58,046 nucleotides of DNA from Carcharhinus longimanus (taxonomy: Eukaryota). Numbering within the stretch: the stretch's first letter is position 1; the number at the start of each line of letters is the position of its first letter. This document shows, piece after piece, positions 47,401 through 58,046 of the stretch. Under the pieces are notes generated by a model, which searched no databases, was not told the origin of the DNA, and saw only the letters and a list, made by a program, of their open reading frames with translations. A program made the translations under genes and the position numbers. The DNA lies in assembly GCA_030264375.1 (NCBI GenBank), contig JASCQW010000119.1, forward strand, positions 32,043,303-32,101,348, read 5' to 3'.

Positions 47401-48211
47401 TGTCTAGTAAGGGGAACATGGAGGATCTGACTCTGAGGTACCTTGGGCTTAGCTGTCAGGAACAAAGCAGGAAGCCAGCAGTGCCGAGACTGTAGTGAAA
47501 AGTTGTATACAAGGGGAAAGTAAAATTCAGGTGCTCATGCAGTCTTACTAAGTTATCATCATTTGAGCTGAAAGGCTTGACTTTGTGAAGAGAGAATGTT
47601 TGGACTCTTGAAAAGAATGTGAGACTGCTGCCATCCAAGCTTATCTCTCCTAGCTATGCCTGCTTGGTTTGGCTTGCTGGAGCTCTTCTTCCAGATAGAG
47701 ATAAGAGTACAGCTCTCCTCTCTGCCACAGCCTCATTGAAGACTTCAAGGGAGGGATCAGAAAAATGTGGGTCTGCCCAAGGACTGCCACTTGAATCACT
47801 CACTGCAGGTCCTCTGCCCACTCATTTCCAAACCATCCATTCATTTATGGCTCCCATATCCTGGCCAGCACCCCTAATTGGGCATCAAATTGGCCCAGAG
47901 CTAGTTAATGCATGGAACTTGTAATAAGTCTTCAGGAGCAGAAGTCCCTTCACTAAAATGCCTTTATTTACAACTGTAACAGTAGTAACTGTAACTAGTA
48001 GCTAGCAGTCTTTCTCCGGGGGTGTCAGAGGAACTGACTGGTAAAGACTCCCTGATTGGCCCATCAATTGGATCTTTAATGAGGGAGTTCATATTCCAAT
48101 AGGCCAACCTCAATGGCGTGATTGAAGTCATTACAGCACTCAAAATTTGTGATGCTGATGCTGAGGCAATGCGGGGTTGTAACCAGGAAATGTTCCTGGT
48201 TTTGAGTTCTT

Positions 48212-48525
48212 GGTGGCGTGGCACTGTGGTTAGCACTGCTGTCTTACAGTACCAGGGACCTGGGTTCAATTCCTGGCTTGGGTCACTATCTGTGTGGAGT
48301 ATGCATGTTCTCCTCGTGTCTGCATGGGTTTCCTCTGGGTGCTCTGGTTTCCTTCCACAGTCTGAAAGACATGCTGGTTAGGGTGCATTGGCNNNNNNNN
48401 NNNNNNNNNNNNNNNNNNNNNNNNNNNNNNNNNNNNNNNNNNNNNNNNNNNNNNNNNNNNNNNNNNNNNNNNNNNNNNNNNNNNNNNNNNNNACCCTACT
48501 TGTTACTAATAAATAAACTTTAACT
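48212..48525 (+). mobile_element. V-SINE containing an N gap
   Basis: tRNA head with B box GGGTTCAATTCC, V-domain, CTACTTGTTACTAATAAATAAACT tail. Confidence 0.88.
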
Positions 48526-48570
48526 TTAGTTGAACTTGGAATGAAAATTCAGCCCTTGGGATTTGACAAC

Positions 48571-49226
48571 TGTTATGAGTGGTCCCTGGGTGAGTTTCCC
48601 CAAATTTGTAACCTGGTTGAGGTCTCTTAATTTGTTCCTGTCCAGGTGGGATATCTCCAGATTGTTATACTCCAAGGTGAAGAGGGATGAACTGGTTCCC
48701 TTTCTTTATTCAACTCCCTCTGCCTGTCGCTGAAAAGAGGGTTCCACCCTTTGCTGATCTCTGTTCCTAGTCCCAATATTTATGTTGTAAAGGGAAGAAA
48801 TTTAATGAAGCTTTCTTGAGTTAAAGATAGTGACTTCATTAACCATCAAAAACAAGAAAATGATAAAACACATGCATATACATTTACACAGGTTAGAAGT
48901 GTGAATTGAGCTCAAAGTTATGTAAGTAAAGAAAAGCTTTGTGAAATAGTCCTTGACTTGTGAGGAGTAGATGATTGCACATTGCAGTGTTGCAATTCAA
49001 GATTCAGGCACACTGACTACAGCAGGTGAATAGTCAGTTTTGAGATTCCAGTGTTCTACAGTCTGATGGAGAATCTTCCGTTTTCTTTTCAGCTGTGATC
49101 TTTGCTGATTGAGCTTACTTCAACGATTAGAGAGAGATAGAAATATACCTGCAAATGGCTTTTGCAGGGGTGCTACAGCTGCTGGCTTTCTTTTTCAACA
49201 TTCTGACACCCCTCAGCACTGACACT

Positions 49227-49278
<52 letters not shown>

Positions 49279-49603
49279 TAGGACAGCCTTTCAGCTGGTC
49301 TTTATCCCTGCCTTTACAAAATCTACAATCCACCTGCGATGTTACACACAAGATATGTCTTGTTGAGGTGATATTCATTTCCCATTATCCCCCTTTGTTT
49401 CCACCAGAGATGGCAATTAATTTCTGGATGCTTTAGAAGTACGTTGTCTCTCAGAGTATCACCCACCAACAAATCAGCTAGTAACTGACTTTACATCCTC
49501 AGCTATCTTCAGTTTGTATGTCCATTATAAAAATCTCACAGATTTTATTTATAGTTCAATATTTCCAGACTGAATTCAAAGTTTTTCCTTCATTATTATG
49601 GCA
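48571..49603. mobile_element. Probable solo LTR
   Basis: TGTTATGA...TTATGGCA ends with a near 4-bp TSD (CAAC / CAAT); a compositionally similar block lies at about 52186-53090. Confidence 0.5.
49228..49274. repeat. (CA)n microsatellite
   Basis: About 23 uninterrupted CA units. Confidence 0.97.
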
Positions 49604-50799
49604 CAATGCATAAGATATATCCAATAAGAAAGATGATTCAATGGTGTTATTCAGATTATGTAGGTAATCCCAGAAGGGAGTGCCCACAATTTCATAAGAG
49701 TTATCAGGAAACTACAAGACACATATAACAAGCACATAATTAGCCACAAAACTTTCCTTAGAGCAACCTATATTTAAATATTTTCACAACAGAATATTCA
49801 GACACTTCATGGGAAAGGGTGTGGATACCAAGCAAATGGATCCCAAGCAAATTAGAAGAGAGATTGCAGAGGATCAGGACAATGTGGGAGTACTGGTATT
49901 CTTCACTGATGGCGAAATGAAGGAAGAGAAAAGATGTGAGCCTGTTTGAAAGAATAGAGGAAGTACGCAAAGATGGAGGGCTGGAGAATATTTCAGTATT
50001 AGACTAGAATGAGACCACAAAGGATTTTAAGAACCAGAAGAATAATCTTAAAGTTTATATAATACAGCACATAAATTCAGTGGAGGCTAGTGGGAATGAT
50101 GGTGTGGTGCAGATATTTGTGGTGGATAGGATGTACTCTTGAGATACTCAATGTCATACTGTTTAAACATGAAATTGTAGATGATGTGAGACCACCCTTG
50201 ATCATTCCATGCTAATATCATCCTATCAAATATTTCTTTCCTCTCCAGGTTTCTTAAATACTCTGTCACAACCCAGCTATTNNNNNNNNNNNNNNNNNNN
50301 NNNNNNNNNNNNNNAGAAATGTTTGTATTTATTAAATGCCCCTCATTTCCCAAGAGCAGGTGGTGGGGAGCCATCTTTTTGTATCACTGCAGGCCAGTAC
50401 TGTTAGTAAGGGAGTTCCAGAAATCTGTTTGTAAAACAATAAAGGCTGGTGTGTGATTTGGATGGAAACTTGCAGGTTTTGATGTTCTCATGTGGACTTG
50501 GTATATGTTTTTAAAGAAGTCTCATGAGGTTTCAATACTACAATCTGCCTTGTATATGTTACACACTGCAGCCATGCTGCATTGGCTGTAAAGGCAGTAA
50601 ATGGTTAAGGTTTGGCAATGCGTAACATACAAGCATTAAGAAAAATGACTCATTGACCTCATTCAGTTTATGAAAATAATTCCATGAAAGCAAAGATTAC
50701 CAGGAAACTACAAGACGCATATAACAAACTTATAATTACCCACAAAACTTCCCCTACAGCAAGTTACACTTATACAATGCATTTTCATAATGGGATATC

Positions 50800-51180
50800 A
50801 CAGGATCACAGAATTGTTACAGTGCAGAAGGAGGCCATTTGGCCCACTTTGTCTGCACTGGCTCTCCAAATGAATACCATGATTTAATGCCATCCCCATC
50901 CCTTTTCCCTGTACTTTATGCATTGCTTCTATTCAAGTAATCATGTCTAATGCCCTGTTGAATGCCTTAACTCTACTGACACCCTCTATATTCTTCAGGG
51001 GATCCACTTGATCCCAGCTGCCCATGCATGTCATATGCCTCCTCTTTCTTATTGACCAATATCCTGAATCATCCAGATTCCCTACTTCTACAAGCCTTGC
51101 CCTTCACTCTAAAAGGAATTTGCTTACCCTGAATTTTGGGTAACGCGCTTTTGAAAGCCATTCATGTAGCTTTCAGCCTC
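50800..51180 (-). mobile_element. CR1 fragments
   Basis: Reverse CR1 tail (ATCACAGAATTGTTACAGTGCAGAAGGAGGCCATT) plus an internal CR1-like stretch. Confidence 0.6.
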
Positions 51181-53124
51181 CCAAATGTATCAGTGACTCC
51201 AACCACCACTCTTAAAAAAAAGCTCAAGTTTCTGCAGCTGGCATCATTTCCTGCACATATTTAGGACACCGGTAGAGTCTGGGACTTTGCACGTATTACA
51301 GGACATGCATATTCCAAGGCACTTCACAGGAGAGGGAGTGGAAACCAAACAGCAAGTGTTTTAAAAGGTAGGGGAACTTCTTGAAAAGATGTAAATATGT
51401 AAAAAAAAATTGTGGAGGAATTTGAAAGATAGAGGTTGCAAAGGCTTAAGAAGGAAATGTGAGAGTGATGATGACCCTCATTTGAATGTGAGCCACATTT
51501 GAATGAGTGGAAGAAGTATGCTACGACACAGGACTGGAGAATATTGCAGTATTAGACTAGAATGAGACCACAGATGTGATCTTACTGGCATGTCACGCCA
51601 GTCCACCAGTGTGGTGAGCAGGTAAAATCACTCAAAAGGTGAAAAATTAGGTTTGTGCCCTGTTTTTTGCCTCTTGTGTTATTACTGGTCCTGTTCTGCA
51701 GGTGTAATTAGTCGTGCACCCGAGAAGGGAGCGAGCCTGATTTAACTATTTATTATCTCATTCCAATATTATTAGTGAGCCTGGGATGCAATTGTCCAGG
51801 CTCTTAGCAACATTGCCAGTGGAGGTCCTCACTGGCGAAGATCACGCATNNNNNNNNNNATCACGCATAGTCCTCAGCAACGGGGACCAGATGTGATGCC
51901 TCACCAGTGGTACGGGAGCCCATTAAACCCACCCATGTGATCAGGGGCATGGGCAGGCAGTGCCAACCTGGTATCCTGGCAGTGCCCACCAGGCACCTTG
52001 GCACTGTCAGCCTGGCACCCTCCAAGTTTATTGAATACATTGTTAATACCCAGCTTTTTTTCTTCATTCATTCATGGGATGTGGTATGGCCAGCAAAGCC
52101 TACATTTATTACCCATTCCTAATTGCCCTTGAGCAATTGTTGGCTATCTGCTTGCTTGAATTGCTGCAAACAATGTGTTGAAGGTTGTCATGACCAGTGA
52201 GGATACATTGAATGGCTCCCCTCTTTGCCCTTTCCTCATTTGACCTCAACAGGTTTTTTAATTTTAATAAGGTATACTTGCTAATTTTATGGGTATGTGT
52301 CATGATCATAAAAGGACAATAGGTCAGGTTTTATGAATTTACCAAAACAAAGGTTACACTTAAACTAATCTAAGTAAAATAATAAGTGTTTTACACATAC
52401 GCAGAATTAAAATTAATACACATAAATATAGATTACAGAGTGGGGAAGAATAGGTTGGCCACAATGGATTCTGTAAAAGAAGTAATGGAGTACAGAGTCT
52501 GTAATTTAGTGACTTGGCTGGTTTCAGACAGAATTCAATGTTCTTGATGCTTCTAATTTAAGGATGTTGATGACTGAGTTGATTGTTCTTTGGGAGATGG
52601 TAAAATCAGCCTGGGAAACAGGCCCTTCGGCCCAACGAGCCTGTGCCGCCATCTCAACACCACCAGTCCCCCTCTCCACCCACGACCCCTGTCTAATGTT
52701 TTATGTCATTTAGATCTTTCCCTAAGCTGTTTGTCCCCAGTTCTGCTGAGTAAAGATCTGCTTAAAATCAGAGTTGGCTTGTCATGTGACCTTCCTTCTT
52801 CAACTGACAGAGGGATCTAAAAGAAGACCTTGTCTGTGTATTCTAAAGGTGACTTGATCAGCTAAGGTCCAGAAGCAAACTCAGCCTTTGCCCAAGTGAT
52901 TAGTCTAAAAGTGATTGCTGACCTCCATTGCTACCTGAACCTTGAAGTACCAAACCTAAGTCAACATTCTCATTCCTAAGTGCATCCATGGCCTTCCTAC
53001 CCCCACTCCCTAAGTTTCCCTGCTACCAAATCCAGAGTCTTAATCACTACTTCTCCTTTTGCCTTTAACAACTACTTCAATACTTACATATTCACCCATA
53101 AATCCTTAATCTTGTTTTCTGTAC

Positions 53125-53380
53125 AGCACCAGGTTTGATTCTGACCTCTGGAGACTGTCTGTATGGAGTTTGCACATTCTCCACGTGTGTTTCCTCCGGG
53201 TGCTCCTGTTTCCTCCCACAGTCCAAAGATGTGCAGGTTAAATGGATTAGCCATGGTAAATGCATGGTGTTGTAGGGATGGGGGGAGGTGGGGCGCATGG
53301 GTAGAATGTTCTTTTGGAGAGTCGGTGCAGACTTGACGTGCCAAAGACCTCCTTCTGCACTTTAGGGTTTTATGGATTCT
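53125..53380 (+). mobile_element. HE1-like V-SINE
   Basis: V-domain and CR1-type tail. Confidence 0.85.
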
Positions 53381-53609
53381 AACCTATTCCTCCCTAGTGA
53401 AATGCAGTGAAACATTTTTTCACTTTTTTTGTAATTGTAGTTTACTTAGATTGAAAGGAGTTTGATTATCGTTCAAGGTTCAAAAGAAGAACCACCAGCC
53501 TAAACAAATGAGATTAAAAAAAAATTTCAATAACAACATTTTCATGCAATCCTGGTCAAGGTCTGGAACTTAAATTTGACGATGGGTATCCTCAATTTTC
53601 AGCGCAGTC

Positions 53610-53990
53610 TAGAACCACAGAATTCGAACAGTGGAGAAAGAGGTCATTTGGCCCATTGACTCCCAAGAGTATTAGGCCCTCCCCTCCACACTATCCCCGT
53701 AATGCCGCACATTAACCATGGTTAACCCACCTAACCTGCACACCTTTGTGACTGTAAGGGGCAGTTTAGCATGGTCAGTTCACCCAACGTGCACATCTTT
53801 GAACACTTAAGGGCTAATTTACCATGGTCAATCCATCTAATCTGCTCATCTTTGGATTGTGGGAAGAAACCAGAGCATCAGGTAGGAAACACAAACAAAC
53901 ATGGGGAGAATATGCAAATGCTACACTCTGTAATGGAACCCGGGACCCTGGCACTGTGAGGTAGCTCTGCCAACTCGTTGTGCCACTGTG
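53610..53990 (-). mobile_element. HE1-like V-SINE with an internal duplication
   Basis: Reverse head (GAACCCGGGACCCTGGCACTGTGAGG); the segment CCATGG...CACCTAACCTGCACA occurs about three times. Confidence 0.8.
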
Positions 53991-54249
53991 CTAAACTCAA
54001 GACTACTAGAAAGTTTGAGAGGTCACTTCCTCTCCCCTTCACCCCAATATTTACACTTGTTGGTTGGACAACTTTCAGACAGTAGTTGAGAAAGATTGCA
54101 GCTGGAGATAGTGATGCCATTAAATGTATGAAATCAATGTGTTTTTACAGTTAAAAAAAAACTTCGGGATAGATTTAACGTAGAAAACCCAATAGCACAA
54201 ACATTTGAAGGGGTGCAGTGCATGATGTGCACATAACCTCTCTTGGGGG

Positions 54250-54720
54250 GGGTGAAGGATGTGCCAGGTCTCCAGCCCTTCGCCTGCACTGGAATTCTCC
54301 AAGCCCAGGCGGAAGTGTTGCACAGTCGCTTCCGCCGCGCTGAGCTGCTGGCCCGGGCACACTAACAACCCCCCTTCATTTTGTTTGTTTGTCAATAATA
54401 TTGTATTTGTGGGAGGGAGTGAGGGGAGGAAGTCGACCCCCGCCCCGGGCTCTGGTTCCTTCACCCTCCCTCGCTGGCTGCGCCATGAACGCGGGCGGAC
54501 AGAGCGACGCCTTCGCCCCGGTGCCGTGTGAGTATGCCGCAATTCTACTTATGCAGGGGTCGGGGCGGCCGAGGGGACCTGGGCCCAGAGCTGCGCCGAT
54601 GCGTGGCTGGCCCTGGGCGGGCCCCGCAACCTGGGTAACGAATTACCCGGGAGCCTGGCCGTCAGGGGATGGGCAGGGAGGGGAGGCTCAATACTCAGGT
54701 TCCGGGGCTTCCAGCGTATG
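54250..54720 (+). promoter_or_regulatory. CpG-island, TATA-less housekeeping-type promoter
   Basis: Very GC- and CpG-rich; two opposed ETS/GABP sites (CGGAAGT 54310-54316; GCTTCCG 54328-54334) and GC boxes (CCCCGCCCC near 54437; GGGGCGG near 54562). Confidence 0.8.
54485..54527 (+). CDS. ZFP64: First coding exon of a divergently transcribed gene, most like zinc finger protein ZFP64 (MNAGGQSDAFAPVP + 1 nt)
   Basis: GCGCCATG in a CpG island, 43 coding nt, consensus donor GTGAGT at 54528. It resembles the recalled human ZFP64 N-terminus MNASSEGESFAGSVQ, and ZFP64 lies in the same 20q13.2 synteny block. Only 14 aa are visible, so the identity is tentative. Confidence 0.55.
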
Positions 54721-55519
54721 TGATATACAAAGTCAGGGGCTCCCCCAGGTTCATTCACGCATACAGGAGGGTAAATTAGGTCTTCCCCCCCCCCCCCCAA
54801 GTTTGATACATTTAAAAGTGAAACCCTAGAATTAATGGTAACCTCTTTTTCTTTTCAGCAACTTGCAAGTTGGTGCACCAGAAGCACTAAAAGGAATTTG
54901 AGGCATTAAAATAAATTTCTGATTAAAAGATGCACAGTTGGTATTACAATGATTTCAGGTGCCCTTCAGACCAATCCTTCCTTGACTGCAAACTTAAGAC
55001 CACAAAATTCAATGGCATAGGACCCCAATTTTCAGTGCCCACAGGAGCCATTTCAGTTCCAGAATGACGTCCCCCGCCACGTGCATGCGCCTTTTGATGC
55101 ATCATGTTGAGCAGATCGTTGGTGCAGACACAGGAACATGTGCCAAGAGTATGCAGATTGTGACCTCGGTCAGCATGTAACACTGATTTGACTCTAGCCT
55201 GAATTTGTGCCCCGCTTACTTCAGCTAATGCCCTCTCTTAACCTTGCACAGTTGAACATCAGTACGAAGCGACACTTCGCTGGTGCTATTTTAAGGGATC
55301 AACACTTTCAGGTTAGTTGCGGATGGATTTCTTCAAGCACTAGTTGGAACTTTATACTGCTTCTTAAAATTGGTGAAGTCTACAGGGTGTGGAGTGTTGC
55401 ATGGTGAAGGCCTTCAGGGATTCTACTTTAATCACTTGCCCCTAGTCACTGGTTGCTGTAGCTTCTATTCCCCTTGGATCTGCAGCATGGGTGAAGAATG
55501 TGTAGATGTGATCCTGAAA

Positions 55520-55714
55520 CGGGCAAGCTGCAATCTACTGACAATATGGCTCATGACTCTGGTGCTCAACCCATACATACTACATATATGAGCAGCATGT
55601 GTATAATAAGAGCTGTGTTGCCACACCAAATGTGATTGAGCAGACATTTGTGTTACTTAAGCAATGCTTTCTGTTGCCTGGACTATTCTGTAGGAACCCT
55701 ACAGTACTTCCCAG
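55520..55714 (+). mobile_element. PIF/Harbinger transposase remnant
   Basis: Frameshifted peptides WLMTLVLNP, YNKSCVATPNVIEQTFVLLKQCF and CLDYSVGTLQYFP match the HARBI1-type DDE C-terminus. Confidence 0.8.
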
Positions 55715-58046
55715 GGTATATAGATGTAAACTGGTACGATATAATTGGGATTATGGGGACGTGGCTCCAGGGTGACCAGGGATGGGAACTGAATGTCCCA
55801 GGCTATTCAGTATTTAGAAAGGAGATGCATAAAGAAAAAGGTGTGGCATTGCTGGTTAAAGAGGAAATTAACACAATAGTGAGAAAGAATATTAGCTCTG
55901 ACAATGTGGATGAGTAGAGTTGAGAAATACCAAAAGGAAAAAAATATTAGTGGGTGTCATACGTAGATCCCCAAATTACAGTGGTGATGTTGAGAATGGC
56001 ATTAAACACAAAATTAGGGATTCATGTGATAAGGGAATATTGGTGGTCTTAATCTGCGCATAGATTGGGCAAATCAGATTAGCCACAATGCCTTAGAGGA
56101 GGAATTCCTGGAATGTATACAGGATGATTTTCTTGACTGATCTGTGGAGGAAACAACTAGAGAGCAGGCCATCTTAGACTGGATACTGTGTAATGAGTCA
56201 TAGAGGTTTACAGCATGGAAGCAGGCCCTTTGGCCCAACTTGTCCATGCNNNNNNNNNNNNNNNNNNNNNNNNNNNNNNNNNNNNNNNNNNNNNNNNNNN
56301 NNNNNNNNNNNNNNNNNNNNNNNNNNNNNNNNNNNNNNNNNNNNNNNNNATTTTTTTTATCAAGATGGAGAGTGAAGTGGTTGATTCAGAGACTAGGGTG
56401 CTGAATCTTAATAAAGGAAACTATGAAGCCATGAGGCGTGATTTGGCCTTGATAGTTTGGGGAGAGTTACTTAACAGAGATGACAATGGATAGGCAAATC
56501 AAATTAGCCACAATGCCGTAAAAGAGGAATTCCTGGAGTGTATACAGGATGTGTTTCTTGACCATTATGTGGAGGAACCAATTAGAGAGCAGGTCATCTT
56601 AGACGGGGTACTGTATAATGAGAAGGGAATCATTGTCAATCTAGTTGTGCGAGACCCTTTGGTGATGAGTGACAAACATTCAAGGAATGCATGGGGGTGC
56701 TGCAGCAACTGTTTATTTCTATCTGGCACAAAAGCAAAACGGGTAAGAGCACCAATCCATGGCTTACAAAAGAAATTAGAGATCATATCTGATCCAAGGA
56801 AGAAACATATAGATTGGTCAAGAAAAATAATAGGCGTGAGCATTGGGAGCAGTTTAGAATTCAGCAAAGAAGGACCAAGGGATTGATCAAGAAGGGAAAA
56901 ATACAATACAGAAGTAAGCTTGCAGGGAACATAAAGACTAACACGAAGGGCCCGATTTTACCATCAAGTTGCACCCGTTTTCAGGCACGAAAACTTGGTA
57001 AAGTTGGGCGTGAGGCAAGTCGTGCTGCCACTCTGCCTCTGTTCAGTGAGAGGGGAAGGGGGAGGTCCGCTTCCACTCTGCCTGTGATCAGTGAGGGGAA
57101 AGGGGGAGTCTGCTGCCACTCTGCCTATGATCCTGTGAGGAAGAAGGGATCCACTGCCACTCTGCCTGAAATCAGTTTTGAGGAGGGAATAGGGGGGTTC
57201 TACTGCCACTCTGCTTCAGATCGGTCTGGGTGGTGGGGCTGTAGGGGGATAAGGGGGTCAGTAATGTTGGAGTGTGGCAAAGTCCGCAGGGGCCTGGGGA
57301 GGCATTATCTGGCCCAGGTGGGTTGTGTCAGGGGAGCATTATTCTATCATTTTATTTTCTGTGCATGCGCAGTTGGAGATGCTGATTGGAGCTGCAGGGT
57401 TTCAGGCGAGTTAAGTGCCGCCCACAGGCTTGGGCAGCACGATTCAAATCTCTATTTTTTCTGGCAGAGTGCGTTTGGGGGTGACTGAGAACGGGTCTAA
57501 AAGTCGGATCTGAAACACTCTCAGTTTCAAGTCCACCCAGCAATTAGGGTCCTATTTTACCATTTTGATTTTAAGAGTTTTTATAGATACATGAAGAGAA
57601 AGAGATTGGTGAAGACAAATGTATGTCCTCTACAGACAGAAACAGGGGAATGTATAATAGGGGACAAAGAAATGACTGAGCAACTGAATATATACTTTGG
57701 TCCTGCCTCCAAAAAGAGGACACAAATCACTTACCAGAAATGTTGGAGGATGCAAGAATTAGTGAGAGGGAAGAACTGAGGGAGATCAGTATTAGTAGAG
57801 AAATGGTGCTGGGCAGATTGATGGGATTGAAGGTGGATAAATCCCCAGGGCCTGATAATCTACATGCCAGAGTACTTAAGGAAGTGGCTTTAGAAATAGT
57901 GGATGCTTTGGTGATCATCTTCCAGGATTCCATAGACTCTGGAACATTCCTTGCAGATTGCAGTCACTCCAATATTCAAAAAGGGAGATAGAGAGAAAAC
58001 AGGGAATTCTGGACCAGTAAGCCTAACATCGGTAGTGGGGAAAATT
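55715..58046 (+). mobile_element. CR1 ORF2 (endonuclease to start of RT), degraded, with nested insertions; runs off the window end
   Basis: YDIIGIMGTWLQGDQGWELNVPGYSVFRK, YVEEPIREQVILD, KSPGPDNLHARVLKEVA; internal duplication of about 56060-56195 at about 56488-56620. Confidence 0.9.
56948..57571. mobile_element. Non-autonomous DNA transposon (Harbinger-like MITE) nested in CR1, with an internal array of about 45-bp repeats
   Basis: CR1 sequence resumes on both sides; terminal motif GGG(C/T)CC(G/T)ATTTTACCAT; five CT(G/T)CCACTCTGC units at about 57025-57220. Confidence 0.7.

Noticed and set aside
54389-54829. 146-aa ORF across the CpG island as a single-exon gene
   Set aside because: Long ORFs are expected in GC-rich DNA; a consensus donor at 54528 indicates only 54485-54527 is coding.
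56814-57488. Longest ORF in the window (224 aa)
   Set aside because: It is a chance read-through from CR1 into a G-rich MITE repeat array, with no recognisable domain.

Overview
Repeat-rich vertebrate genomic DNA with several N gaps. HE1-like V-SINEs, CR1 LINEs and Penelope fragments point to a shark or other elasmobranch. The window holds one complete protein-coding gene, CYP24A1 (mitochondrial vitamin D3 24/23-hydroxylase), on the minus strand. It has 11 coding exons (25528-41413; 1509 nt, 502 aa), all with GT-AG introns, and a probable non-coding exon 12. About 13 kb upstream, a second CpG-island promoter drives a plus-strand first exon (MNAGGQSDAFAPVP) that resembles ZFP64 rather than PFDN4, the usual mammalian neighbour. 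The rest is nested transposon debris (CR1, L2/CR1-like, Rex/Babar, Penelope, Harbinger, LTR/Gypsy, SINEs). Best leads: (1) Gly at the position of human A326, predicting a 23-hydroxylase/lactone-forming enzyme; (2) a perfect DR3 vitamin D response element about 38 kb downstream of the TSS plus a tandem DR3 pair 5 kb upstream, with no clear proximal VDRE; (3) a minisatellite that duplicates the exon 3 splice donor in frame; (4) a nearly intact Penelope hammerhead ribozyme in intron 6; (5) a possible CYP24A1-ZFP64 head-to-head rearrangement. I cannot show a wholly new biological system here. Repeat boundaries are approximate; exon boundaries were read base by base.
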